Assembly: GCA_029941465.1 (NCBI GenBank)
Contig: JAPYQN010000001.1
Span: forward strand, 65,708-129,707
Length of the DNA: 64,000 nt
Source of the DNA: Gammaproteobacteria bacterium
GTDB lineage: Bacteria > Pseudomonadota > Gammaproteobacteria > Steroidobacterales > UBA11654
Direction: 5' to 3'
Shown here: in pieces, positions 41,773-51,223 of the stretch
Layout: each line of letters starts with the position of its first letter
Position numbering within the stretch: the first letter of the stretch is position 1
Made by a program: the position numbers and the translations under genes
The notes under the pieces: model-generated
What the model was told of the DNA's origin: nothing
The model's database searches: none
What the model saw: the letters and a program-made list of their open reading frames with translations, nothing else

Positions 41773-44490
41773 ATGCGACTAAGTAAAATTAAACTTTCTG
41801 GTTTTAAAACATTTGTTGATCCAACAACGCTAACCCTGCCTTCAAATTTAGTTGGCATAGTTGGACCGAATGGTTGCGGCAAATCTAATGTGATTGATGC
41901 TGTTCGTTGGGTCTTGGGTGAATCATCTGCAAAATACCTGCGTGGTGAATCAATGTCAGACGTTATATTTAATGGTTCGTCCACACGTAAACCCGTAAGT
42001 AATGCATCAATAGAGCTTTTTTTTGATAATACTGATAAAAAAATAGGCGGTGAATTATCACAATATAATGAAATCTCAACTAGAAGAGTGCTCTCTAGGG
42101 ACGGTCAATCAGTATATTTTCTTAATGGAACTAAATGTAGAAGAAAAGATATCACAAATTTATTCTTAGGCACCGGTCTTGGTCCAAGAAGCTATGCAAT
42201 TGTTCAACAAGCTATGATCTCAGGGTTAATTGAAGCTAAACCCGATGAAATGAGGGTATTCATAGAAGAAGCTGCTGGAATTTCTAAATACAAACAAAAA
42301 CGTAAAGAAACGGAATCAAGAATCAAGAATACACGTGAGAACCTAAATCGTCTTAACGATCTAAAAGAAGAAATTGAAAAGCAGATAAAAAGACTGAAAA
42401 AACAATCCAATGATGCTGAAAGATATAAAAAGCTTAAATTAAGAGAAAAAGAAATCGGTGGAGAAATTATTTACATAAAGATTTTAGAGCTTGATAAAAA
42501 TATTGAGACTAACAAATCTGACTCGTCTAAATATCAGGAAGATTATGATAGTCAGCTAACAATGTTAAGAAAAATTGAAGCGGACATAGAAGAATTACGA
42601 ATAAAAAATAATGAAACCAATGAGGTATTTAATTTAAAACAAAAAGATCATTTTCAGATTCAAGCAGACATTGCCAGACTTGAACAGTCAATAGAGTATG
42701 AAAAAGAACTAGAGTCTCAGAAATCTATTACTGCTCAAGAAATAAAATCTGAACTAGAACGTTTAAAATTGGAATATGAAAAAGACACATCTGAAATAAA
42801 ATCAATAACAAAAGAACTTGAAACAATGTCTCTATCATTTAATCAAGATAAATCAGAATTACTAAACCTTAATAATCAACTGAAAGAGATTAGTGAATTA
42901 TTAGAGAAAACTGACATTGAAAATGAAAATATAAAAAATGAATTAAATGAAATCAATACTGTGTGTGAAAAAGAAGCCGTTAAGGTTAATTTATTACAAA
43001 AGCAGTTGTCTAATCAAGAACAACAAAAAAATATTATAAATAATCTTCACAACCTAGAGCGCTCATTTATATCACTAAAAAATAAACTAAATCTGGATAT
43101 ATCCTCATTATCTAAACCAATCATTGAATCAATAGATCAAGAATTATCGTCTTTTGAAAATAAATTGGTTGCTCTTACTGGTGAATTAGAAAGCACCGAA
43201 CGTGAAATTATAGAAAATGAAAAAGATTTAACAAAATCAAAAAAATTACTCAATGAAAGCAAGCTTATTTTTGAAGAGCTGACAACAAACAAAAAAACAT
43301 CAGAGCAACAAAAAAATGAATTCTCTAATCAAAAAAATACGATTTCACAAAAAACCAGTAGCCTAAATAACAAAGTTCAAAATCAAGGGCTCAAAGTTGA
43401 ATCATTAAAATCTTCTGAACTTGCCCTAAAAACAGCCATTCATCGATTAGAAGCACAAATAACGCAACTTAAAAGCAGATCTTTAGAGATTACCTCATCA
43501 GGAAATATTAACGAAACATCAGACGATGACACCAGAGTTAAATTAGAATTACTACTTAAGACCAGCCTTGAATCAGAAAAAGGACTGGATACTTCGAGAA
43601 TGAAATTAGAAGAAAGTCAGTCTATTCTAAGAAATTACGAAATTGATCGAACAAATATTAACAGTCTTGTCAATCAAGCAAGGGAAGATCTTGAACAATT
43701 CAAACTAAATCAAAAAGAATATGAAGTAAGAAAAGAATCGCTTAATGAGCAACTAATAAATCAAGGTCAAGATTTTAATTCACTAGATGAATCACTAAAA
43801 AATAAAGAAACTAATCAAAAAAATATAAATGATGAACTTGAAAAGGTATTAAGATCAATTGACCGATTAGGGCCAATTAACCTTGCTGCAGCTGCTGAAT
43901 TTAAACAAGAAAATGAACGAATGGAAAAACTTGATTCACAGTTTGATGACCTAAATCGTGCTCTAGAAACTCTGAATGGAGCAATCAAAAAAATAGATGA
44001 TGAATCAATATCTAGATTTAATGACACCTTTGGAAAAGTAAATGAAGGCTTAAAAAAACATTTTCCGAGACTCTTTGATGGCGGTAAAGCATACCTAGAA
44101 CTTGAAAATAATGACGCCTTAGATGGTGGTGTATTTGTCATGGCCAGACCTCCTGGTAAAAGAAACAGTAATATCCATTTACTTTCAGGTGGTGAAAAAG
44201 CTTTAACAGCTGTTGCCTTATTATTTTCTATTTTTGAACTTAACCCAGCTCCTTTCTGCTTACTTGATGAAGTTGATGCCCCATTAGATGATACAAATGT
44301 AGGTCGTTTTTGTGAGGTTGTTAAAGAAATGAGCAGTAGTGTCCAATTTGTCGTTATAACTCATAATAAAACCACTATGGAGCTCACAAAACAACTTATT
44401 GGCGTTACTATGAGCGAACCAGGTGTTTCTAGGTTAGTTTCAGTCGATATAGATGAAGCAGTAGCTATGACTGAAGATCAAAACGATTAG
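41773..44490 (+). CDS. smc: Chromosome partition ATPase SMC (short form, 905 aa, no recognisable hinge)
   Basis: The N-terminal head has Walker A GPNGCGKSN. The C-terminal head has the signature LSGGEKAL and Walker B CLLDEVDAPLD. Both ends are closely collinear with Pseudomonas-type SMC. The centre is continuous coiled-coil-like K/E/L/N/Q sequence. Confidence 0.87.
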   Translation: MRLSKIKLSGFKTFVDPTTLTLPSNLVGIVGPNGCGKSNVIDAVRWVLGESSAKYLRGESMSDVIFNGSSTRKPVSNASIELFFDNTDKKIGGELSQYNEISTRRVLSRDGQSVYFLNGTKCRRKDITNLFLGTGLGPRSYAIVQQAMISGLIEAKPDEMRVFIEEAAGISKYKQKRKETESRIKNTRENLNRLNDLKEEIEKQIKRLKKQSNDAERYKKLKLREKEIGGEIIYIKILELDKNIETNKSDSSKYQEDYDSQLTMLRKIEADIEELRIKNNETNEVFNLKQKDHFQIQADIARLEQSIEYEKELESQKSITAQEIKSELERLKLEYEKDTSEIKSITKELETMSLSFNQDKSELLNLNNQLKEISELLEKTDIENENIKNELNEINTVCEKEAVKVNLLQKQLSNQEQQKNIINNLHNLERSFISLKNKLNLDISSLSKPIIESIDQELSSFENKLVALTGELESTEREIIENEKDLTKSKKLLNESKLIFEELTTNKKTSEQQKNEFSNQKNTISQKTSSLNNKVQNQGLKVESLKSSELALKTAIHRLEAQITQLKSRSLEITSSGNINETSDDDTRVKLELLLKTSLESEKGLDTSRMKLEESQSILRNYEIDRTNINSLVNQAREDLEQFKLNQKEYEVRKESLNEQLINQGQDFNSLDESLKNKETNQKNINDELEKVLRSIDRLGPINLAAAAEFKQENERMEKLDSQFDDLNRALETLNGAIKKIDDESISRFNDTFGKVNEGLKKHFPRLFDGGKAYLELENNDALDGGVFVMARPPGKRNSNIHLLSGGEKALTAVALLFSIFELNPAPFCLLDEVDAPLDDTNVGRFCEVVKEMSSSVQFVVITHNKTTMELTKQLIGVTMSEPGVSRLVSVDIDEAVAMTEDQND

Positions 44491-44492
44491 AT

Positions 44493-44984
44493 ATGGAATA
44501 CTCATGGATACTTTTAAGTGCGACCTTCATTGTACTAGTTACTTTCCTTATCTATGAAAATAGGAAACGCAAAAAATCAGATAATCAATTAAGCATAAAT
44601 GAAACATTTATTATTAATAATAAGGCTGAAAATAATAAAGTACTTAGCATCAGGCTATCAATAAAGAATGACCCAATAACATTAAAAAAATCAATAACTA
44701 TATTTAAGACATACTCAATAACACTCAATAAAAAAGGTATATTTGAAAAGCACATGAACGACACCCTTTCTTATTCTGTAGCTAACCTATACGAACCAGG
44801 GTACTTTGATAATGATCAGAACATTCAAGGTTTTACATTTTATTTTGTATCTGAGTATCAAATCGATGATAAACGTCGATACGATGAAATGAAACAAGAC
44901 ATCACATTAATAAATATGATTTTAAAAGGAAACATTATCTACGACTCCAACGCAGAAAATAAGGAAAATAAAGAATTAGATTAA
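44493..44984 (+). CDS. zipA: Probable minimal cell-division protein ZipA
   Basis: 163 aa with an N-terminal transmembrane helix plus basic patch (ILLSATFIVLVTFLIYENRKRKK). The C-terminal region resembles the ZipA FtsZ-binding domain (SYSVANLYEPGYFD versus E. coli FSLANMVKPGTFD, as I recall it). It lies immediately downstream of smc, the usual zipA position in Gamma/Betaproteobacteria. Confidence 0.55.
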   Translation: MEYSWILLSATFIVLVTFLIYENRKRKKSDNQLSINETFIINNKAENNKVLSIRLSIKNDPITLKKSITIFKTYSITLNKKGIFEKHMNDTLSYSVANLYEPGYFDNDQNIQGFTFYFVSEYQIDDKRRYDEMKQDITLINMILKGNIIYDSNAENKENKELD

Positions 44985-45045
44985 TGTCCTCAGAATCTCC
45001 AAAATAAAATAAATGATAAAAATGAATTTATACATTCAATAAAAG

Positions 45046-45855
45046 ATGCAAGAAAAAGATCATAATAATCCTATTCAAAGCGAAATGCCTTTTGCCATTG
45101 TCGATGGTGAACAAATTACAGAGATGCCAAAAGATCTTTATATTCCCCCAGTAGCTCTGCAAGTCTTTCTTGATACTTTTGAAGGACCACTTGATTTATT
45201 GCTTTATTTAATAAGAAAACAAAACTTAAATATTCTGGATATACCGATAGCTGATATAACTGAACAATACGTAGATTATATTAATCTTATGAAGGAATTA
45301 GAATTAGAACTAGCAGGAGAATATCTTCTAATGGCTGCAATGTTAGCTGAAATAAAATCTCGACTGCTCCTACCAATTTTTGAAGACATAGATGAAGAAG
45401 AAGACCCAAGAGCTGAATTAATTAGACGACTACTTGAATATGAAAGATACAGAACAGTCTCAGAAAAAATTAATCAACTTGATAGAGTTGATAGGGATAT
45501 TTTTCTTTCGACAGTTGATACGGACCAATTTAACCAACCTATCGTCCTCCCAGACATACAAGTAATGGACTTAGTTGTGTCATTCCAAGAAGTTCTAAAA
45601 AAAGCTGAAATGTTCTCAACCCTACATTTCATGAAAGAACCGCTATCTGTAAAAGAACGAATGACTATGATTTTAGAAACAATTCAGGATAAGGATTTTG
45701 TTCAATTTGAAGAATTATTTGATTTAGAAGAAGAAAGGACTGGATTAGTAGTTACATTCCTTGCGATCTTAGAGTTGATGAAAGAGCTCTTGATTGAAAT
45801 AGTTCAAGCAAAGGAATTTGGTATAATACATGTGAAAACCTTGGTTGAAAAATAA
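45046..45855 (+). CDS. scpA: Segregation and condensation protein A (kleisin ScpA)
   Basis: 269 aa with the ScpA N-terminal motif FEGPLDLLLYLIRKQNLNILDIPIADITEQY and a C-terminal winged helix. Confidence 0.88.
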   Translation: MQEKDHNNPIQSEMPFAIVDGEQITEMPKDLYIPPVALQVFLDTFEGPLDLLLYLIRKQNLNILDIPIADITEQYVDYINLMKELELELAGEYLLMAAMLAEIKSRLLLPIFEDIDEEEDPRAELIRRLLEYERYRTVSEKINQLDRVDRDIFLSTVDTDQFNQPIVLPDIQVMDLVVSFQEVLKKAEMFSTLHFMKEPLSVKERMTMILETIQDKDFVQFEELFDLEEERTGLVVTFLAILELMKELLIEIVQAKEFGIIHVKTLVEK

Positions 45856-45857
45856 TA

Positions 45858-46463
45858 ATGATCAACTTTAATCTAAAACATACTATTGAGGCTCTTTTAC
45901 TCTCATCGAATGAACCATTGTCCACAGAGAGGCTATTTAAAATAATCAGCAATAAGCATCAAATAACAAAAACAGATGTATTAGATGCAATAAAGGCATT
46001 AGAAAATGATTATTTAGAAAAGGAGATTGAGGTCTCTAAAGTAGCCAGTGGTTATCGCATCCAAGCAAAAAAATCTATAAATGATTATCTCAACATTATA
46101 TTTGCTGAAAGAACTCCAAAATACTCCAGGGCCTTAATGGAAACACTGTCTATTATTGCTTATAAGCAGCCTGTGACAAGAGGAGATATTGAGGCTATCC
46201 GTGGAGTATCAGTTAGCTCAAGCATTATGAGAACACTCACTGACAGAAATTGGATTAAAATTATAGGTTATAGAGATGTTCCAGGAAAACCTGCTATGTT
46301 TTCTACCACTGCTGACTTCCTTAGTTATTTTGGCCTAGAAAAACTTGAACAGCTACCAGAGCTTCCAGACATTAAAGAGCCAAAAAATTTAGATTTAGAA
46401 CTTGATAATCAATCAAACACATTGGTTGAGAATGACAATCTCCCAGAAACATCTTTAAACTAA
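45858..46463 (+). CDS. scpB: Segregation and condensation protein B (ScpB)
   Basis: 201 aa with IEALLLSSNEPLS, LSRAALETLAIIAYKQPVTR-like (SRALMETLSIIAYKQPVTRGDIEAIRGV), and PGKPAMFSTT motifs. Confidence 0.88.
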   Translation: MINFNLKHTIEALLLSSNEPLSTERLFKIISNKHQITKTDVLDAIKALENDYLEKEIEVSKVASGYRIQAKKSINDYLNIIFAERTPKYSRALMETLSIIAYKQPVTRGDIEAIRGVSVSSSIMRTLTDRNWIKIIGYRDVPGKPAMFSTTADFLSYFGLEKLEQLPELPDIKEPKNLDLELDNQSNTLVENDNLPETSLN

Positions 46464-47179
46464 GATGTCTGACAATCGATACTCTGGCCATCAATACCGA
46501 GACTATCATCTGACATCAACCAAATATACTTATCCAGGATATCTTCTGGTTTTAATAGTAACTTTTCATCTTCCAATGGATAAGCTAATTTTCTCATCTT
46601 TGTTTGAACTGGCCCTGGATTAATACAGTTAAATCGTATGCTTGGTTCATTATGATGTTCAGCACTTAATATTTGGCAAAGAGCTTCGGTTCCAAATTTT
46701 GAAACAGAGTAAGCACCCCAAAAAGCTTTTCCAATTTTACCGACACCGCTTGATGTAAAAATCACTGAAGCATTCTTTGATTTATATAAAGCAGGCAGCA
46801 GTGTCTGAGTAAGTATAAATTGTGCTGTGAGGTTAACATGCAATGTGTTGACCCATGTGGGGACATCATATTGGCTAATAGGTGCTCTATCACCTAGTAT
46901 TCCTGCGTTAAGTAATAAACCATCTAAACAACCATATTTATCCGATAGATTATCAATTAAGTCTTGATAATCATTTGCATCAGCTTTAGAAAGATCCATT
47001 AATGAAATTATAGGTGTGGGTGACCCATTACTAATAATTTCATCATATGATTTCTCAAGATTTGAAAGTGTTCTGCCCAAAAGAATCAAGTTTGCTCCTA
47101 GGGCAGCATATTTAATTGCAGCTGCCTTTCCAATACCATCTCCAGCACCGGTCACTAAAATTGTCTTATCTTTTAACAT
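46460..47179 (-). CDS. Short-chain dehydrogenase/reductase, YciK-like
   Basis: Rossmann motif TGAGDGIGKAAA and catalytic YSVSK (YxxxK) are present. It follows ubiG and a HAD phosphatase, as in Pseudomonas-type clusters. Confidence 0.8.
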   Translation of the reverse strand: MLKDKTILVTGAGDGIGKAAAIKYAALGANLILLGRTLSNLEKSYDEIISNGSPTPIISLMDLSKADANDYQDLIDNLSDKYGCLDGLLLNAGILGDRAPISQYDVPTWVNTLHVNLTAQFILTQTLLPALYKSKNASVIFTSSGVGKIGKAFWGAYSVSKFGTEALCQILSAEHHNEPSIRFNCINPGPVQTKMRKLAYPLEDEKLLLKPEDILDKYIWLMSDDSLGIDGQSIDCQTS

Positions 47180-47826
47180 TTAATGATTTCCATAATTTCA
47201 TTCGGCTTATTTATACAGTAATCAGCACCCCAAGATAATGGGTTATCACTGTTCATTCTGTAACCATAGCTGCAAGCAATTGATTTTATTCCAGCTGATC
47301 TTGCAGATTGAATATCTTTTTTAGAGTCACCAATATAGTAACAGTAGTCCAAATCTTTAAATTGTAACTTTGATAATGCAAGATTTAACGGTTCAGGGTC
47401 TGGCTTGATGTTATTAACATCATCACGACAAATTAAACAACTTAATCTGTCCGTAAGACCCAATCGTCTCAGAAGTGGCTCTGTAAATTTTCTTGATTTA
47501 TTAGTAACGATTCCCCAAAGGTGATTCTTTTCTATTGAATTTAAAACAATATCCATGTCGGTGAATAAAGATGCATGAGTGCCCACCACATCTTCATATA
47601 ATTTTAAATAACGGTTATAACGCCTTCCTTCTAAGATAGGGTTATCATCATAAACTGCTGAGAAAATTCCTAAAACCCCATTTGAAACATGAGGACGAAC
47701 ATGATCTAGGCTTACTGTTTCTTTTCCTTGCTCAATTAATAGTGAATTCAATGCCATATGCATCTCAGGAGCAGTATCAATTAATGTTCCATCTAAATCG
47801 AATAATACTAGTAATTTTTTATTCAT
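47173..47826 (-). CDS. HAD-IA family phosphatase (phosphoglycolate phosphatase / MupP-like)
   Basis: HAD motif I FDLDGTLIDT, motif II VTNK, and motif IV GDSKKD are present. Confidence 0.8.
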   Translation of the reverse strand: MNKKLLVLFDLDGTLIDTAPEMHMALNSLLIEQGKETVSLDHVRPHVSNGVLGIFSAVYDDNPILEGRRYNRYLKLYEDVVGTHASLFTDMDIVLNSIEKNHLWGIVTNKSRKFTEPLLRRLGLTDRLSCLICRDDVNNIKPDPEPLNLALSKLQFKDLDYCYYIGDSKKDIQSARSAGIKSIACSYGYRMNSDNPLSWGADYCINKPNEIMEIIKC

Positions 47827-47832
47827 TAATTG

Positions 47833-48543
47833 TCAGTCTTTCCTAAAATACATCATGTAATTAACTGAAACATCGTCTGTCAATTTAAAGTTTTTAGTTA
47901 TTGGATTATACATAACACCAGTTTGATCAATTAAATTAAGGCCAGAATTTCTAGACCATTTTTCTATTTCAGAAGGTTTTATAAAAGAGTCAAATTCATG
48001 TGTACCTTGGGGCAGTAATTTTAAAATATATTCTGCTCCAACAATAGCCATTAAATAAGATTTAATATTTCGGTTAATTGTTGAAAGAAATAAGTGGCCT
48101 CCATTTTTAACTGCCTTTGAGCATGATTCTATGATTTGCTCTGGTGATGGCACATGTTCCAACATTTCCATGCAGGTTAAAACATCGTATTGTTGATGAT
48201 TTACCTCTACAAAATTTTCTAAATTGCTATTGTGATAAGTAATATTTTTTATGCCCATAAGTTCTTGATGATCTTTTGCAACTAAAATTGCTTTATCTGC
48301 CATATCAAGGCCATCGACATGATCAGCATATTTTGATAATGATTCAGTTAATATCCCACCCCCACAACCTATATCCAGGCATTTTTTATTGTCTAGTTCT
48401 GTCCAATTTTTTATGTAATTAAAACGTAAAGGGTTAAGAGTATGCAGTGCTGCAAAGCTTCCGTCAGGATTCCACCACTCTTGAGCAAGTTTATTAAATT
48501 TCCTTACCTCTTCTTCACTTATATTGTCTTTCATTAAGCTCAT
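47833..48543 (-). CDS. ubiG: Bifunctional 3-demethylubiquinone/2-polyprenyl-6-hydroxyphenol O-methyltransferase UbiG
   Basis: EVRKFNKLAQEWWNPDG and the SAM motif LDIGCGGGIL are present. It is divergent from gyrA, as in E. coli. Confidence 0.9.
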   Translation of the reverse strand: MSLMKDNISEEEVRKFNKLAQEWWNPDGSFAALHTLNPLRFNYIKNWTELDNKKCLDIGCGGGILTESLSKYADHVDGLDMADKAILVAKDHQELMGIKNITYHNSNLENFVEVNHQQYDVLTCMEMLEHVPSPEQIIESCSKAVKNGGHLFLSTINRNIKSYLMAIVGAEYILKLLPQGTHEFDSFIKPSEIEKWSRNSGLNLIDQTGVMYNPITKNFKLTDDVSVNYMMYFRKD

Positions 48544-48682
48544 GATTTAATTAAATTATATGACTGATTTTTTCTTAAAATATTTAATAATATGTTAAAA
48601 TTATATCCTGTATTAATCATCTATTCCTAAATAAAGAATATTCGAAAACAAACACTTTCTAATGACAAATAAAATATAGTTG

Positions 48683-51220
48683 ATGAGCGACAGAATCTCA
48701 CAAATTAATCTCGAAGATGAAATGAGAAAATCCTACTTGGATTACGCCATGAGCGTTATTGTAGGACGAGCACTACCGGATGTCAGAGATGGTCTCAAAC
48801 CGGTGCATAGAAGAGTTTTGTATGCCATGAAAGTTTTAGGTAATGATCACACCAAACCATATAAAAAATCAGCCCGAATAGTAGGTGATGTCATAGGTAA
48901 ATATCACCCTCACGGTGATAGTGCTGTTTATGAAACCATAGTTAGAATGGCTCAAGATTTTTCGCTGAGATACACACTCGTTGATGGACAAGGTAATTTT
49001 GGCTCTGTTGATGGTGATAGAGCAGCTGCTATGCGTTATACAGAAATTAGAATGCAAAAAATTACACAGGAACTACTGGCTGATATTGACAAGGAAACAG
49101 TTGATTTCACTCCAAATTATGATGAATCAGAAAGTGAACCTAGTGTTCTCCCAACAAGATTACCTAATCTATTAATTAATGGATCAGCAGGTATTGCAGT
49201 TGGTATGGCGACAAATATACCACCACATAATCTCAAAGAAGTTATAGATGGTTGCTTGCTTATACTTGAAAATCCAAACTGTTCAATCGATGAGTTAATA
49301 AAAACTATTCCTGCTCCAGATTTTCCAACAGCAGCCACCATTCATGGGATAGACGGTATTAAAAGTGCATACGAAACTGGAAAAGGCAGAGTTCATGTTA
49401 GAGCTAAAACATCAATTAAAACAATTAATAACTCTGAAAGAGAATCAATAATCGTTACTGAATTACCTTATCAAGTTAACAAAGCAAAGCTGATTGAAAA
49501 AATAGCTGAACTTGTTAGAGATAAAAAGATTGAAGGCATTTCAGAAATCAGAGATGAATCTGATAAAGATGGAATGAGAATTGCCATAGAACTTAAAAGA
49601 GGTCATGTGGCAGATGTACTGCTTAATAATCTATATAAACAAACGCTTCTAGAAAGCACATTCTCAATCAACATGGTGGCCTTATTAAACGGTCAACCAA
49701 AATTAATGAACTTAAAGGAAATGCTTGATGCATTTATCTCTCATAGAAGAGATGTTGTAACGAAGAGAACAATATATGATCTGAATAGATCAATTAATCG
49801 TGCTCATATACTTGAAGGCCAGACTATTGCCTTAAATAACATCGATGCCATGATAGCACTCATAAAAAAATCAAAGACGCCTGCAGATGCTCAAAAAGCA
49901 TTAACTTCAAAATTGTGGAAGGTAGGAAAAGTTAAACAAATGCTAAAAAAAGCAGACAATGTGTCTACTACACCTAAACAACTTCTTGATATAGAAATTT
50001 TTGGTATAGAGAAAAGTGGATATCGTCTTTCATCTGAACAAGCAAAAGCAATCTTAGAATTAAAATTAAATCGTTTAACTGGGTTAGAGCAAAACAACAT
50101 TTTTAATGAATATATTGAACTGCTAGAAGATATTAAAACATACTCAAAAGTCTTATCAGACCCTGATACTCTTACTCGTTTAATTAAGAATGAGTTAATA
50201 GAATCACAAGAAAAATTTGGCGATGAAAGAAAAACTGAAATAGTTGAGTTTTATTCGGACTTAACTGATGAAGATTTAATACCTGAAGAAGATCTTATTG
50301 TAACTTTATCCAAAGAAGGTTATGCAAAAACCCAGCCTCTAGATGTATACCAAGCCCAACACCGAGGAGGAACAGGTAAGAGGGCGGCTTCGTTCAAAGA
50401 TGAGGACTTTATTCGTAAATTATTTATTGCCAATACACATGACACCTTACTCTGTTTCTCAAGTTACGGTAAGGTCTACTGGATAAAGGTTTACCGATTG
50501 CCTAAAGGTGGAAGAAATGCAAAGGGGAGACCAATAGTAAACCTATTACCATTAGATAAAGATGAAAGAATTCAAGCAGTTCTACCTGTAAAAGAATTTA
50601 ATGAATCACAATATGTTTTTATGGCTACAGAACGAGGGGGTGTAAAGAAAACTAAACTCTCAGCTTATTCAAGACCTATGAAGACTGGAATTAAAGCCAT
50701 AAAGTTAAAAGATGATGACCGTGTAGTGAACGTTGAAATTACTGATGGCAACAAACAGATCATGTTATTTGCAGACTCAGGTAAATCAATTCGCTTTCAT
50801 GAAAAAGACGCACGACCAATGGGTAGAGTTTCTCAAGGTGTTCGTGGAATGAGGCTTGATAAAGATCAAAAAGTAATCTCATTGCTAGTAATAGATGAAG
50901 GCAACATAATAACTGCCACTGAAAATGGCTTTGGAAAACAAACAAAAGTTGAAGAGTTTTCTATCCAAAAAAGAGGCGGTAAAGGCGTAATAGCTATTCA
51001 AACATCAGCAAGAAACGGTAAAGCAATCGGAGCTAATCAAGTAAATGAAAATGATGAAGTTATGTTTATTAGCTCTTCTGGAAACTTAATTAGAACAAAA
51101 ATAAATTCTATTTCAGTCATTGGTAGGAATACTCAAGGAGTTAAGCTTATTAGACTTTCTGATGATGATAAACTCTTGGGCATGGAAAGAATCATTAATG
51201 ATAGTGATGATGAAGAGTAA
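48683..51220 (+). CDS. gyrA: DNA gyrase subunit A
   Basis: I trimmed to ATG 48683 ([44 protein letters not shown]). The active-site motif is AAMRYTE. The QRDR reads [18 protein letters not shown]-terminal beta-pinwheel repeats are present. Confidence 0.96.
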   Translation: MSDRISQINLEDEMRKSYLDYAMSVIVGRALPDVRDGLKPVHRRVLYAMKVLGNDHTKPYKKSARIVGDVIGKYHPHGDSAVYETIVRMAQDFSLRYTLVDGQGNFGSVDGDRAAAMRYTEIRMQKITQELLADIDKETVDFTPNYDESESEPSVLPTRLPNLLINGSAGIAVGMATNIPPHNLKEVIDGCLLILENPNCSIDELIKTIPAPDFPTAATIHGIDGIKSAYETGKGRVHVRAKTSIKTINNSERESIIVTELPYQVNKAKLIEKIAELVRDKKIEGISEIRDESDKDGMRIAIELKRGHVADVLLNNLYKQTLLESTFSINMVALLNGQPKLMNLKEMLDAFISHRRDVVTKRTIYDLNRSINRAHILEGQTIALNNIDAMIALIKKSKTPADAQKALTSKLWKVGKVKQMLKKADNVSTTPKQLLDIEIFGIEKSGYRLSSEQAKAILELKLNRLTGLEQNNIFNEYIELLEDIKTYSKVLSDPDTLTRLIKNELIESQEKFGDERKTEIVEFYSDLTDEDLIPEEDLIVTLSKEGYAKTQPLDVYQAQHRGGTGKRAASFKDEDFIRKLFIANTHDTLLCFSSYGKVYWIKVYRLPKGGRNAKGRPIVNLLPLDKDERIQAVLPVKEFNESQYVFMATERGGVKKTKLSAYSRPMKTGIKAIKLKDDDRVVNVEITDGNKQIMLFADSGKSIRFHEKDARPMGRVSQGVRGMRLDKDQKVISLLVIDEGNIITATENGFGKQTKVEEFSIQKRGGKGVIAIQTSARNGKAIGANQVNENDEVMFISSSGNLIRTKINSISVIGRNTQGVKLIRLSDDDKLLGMERIINDSDDEE

Positions 51221-51223
51221 TAA

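Noticed and set aside
41692-41790. An A-rich tract ATAAAAAACTA on the minus strand upstream of queF, reminiscent of the 3' tail of the preQ1-I riboswitch.
   Set aside because: No preceding P1 stem-loop with the conserved C-containing loop is present. The tract lies ~75 nt from the queF start, partly inside the divergent smc start region, and does not overlap the Shine-Dalgarno site. In an AT-rich spacer such a run is expected by chance.
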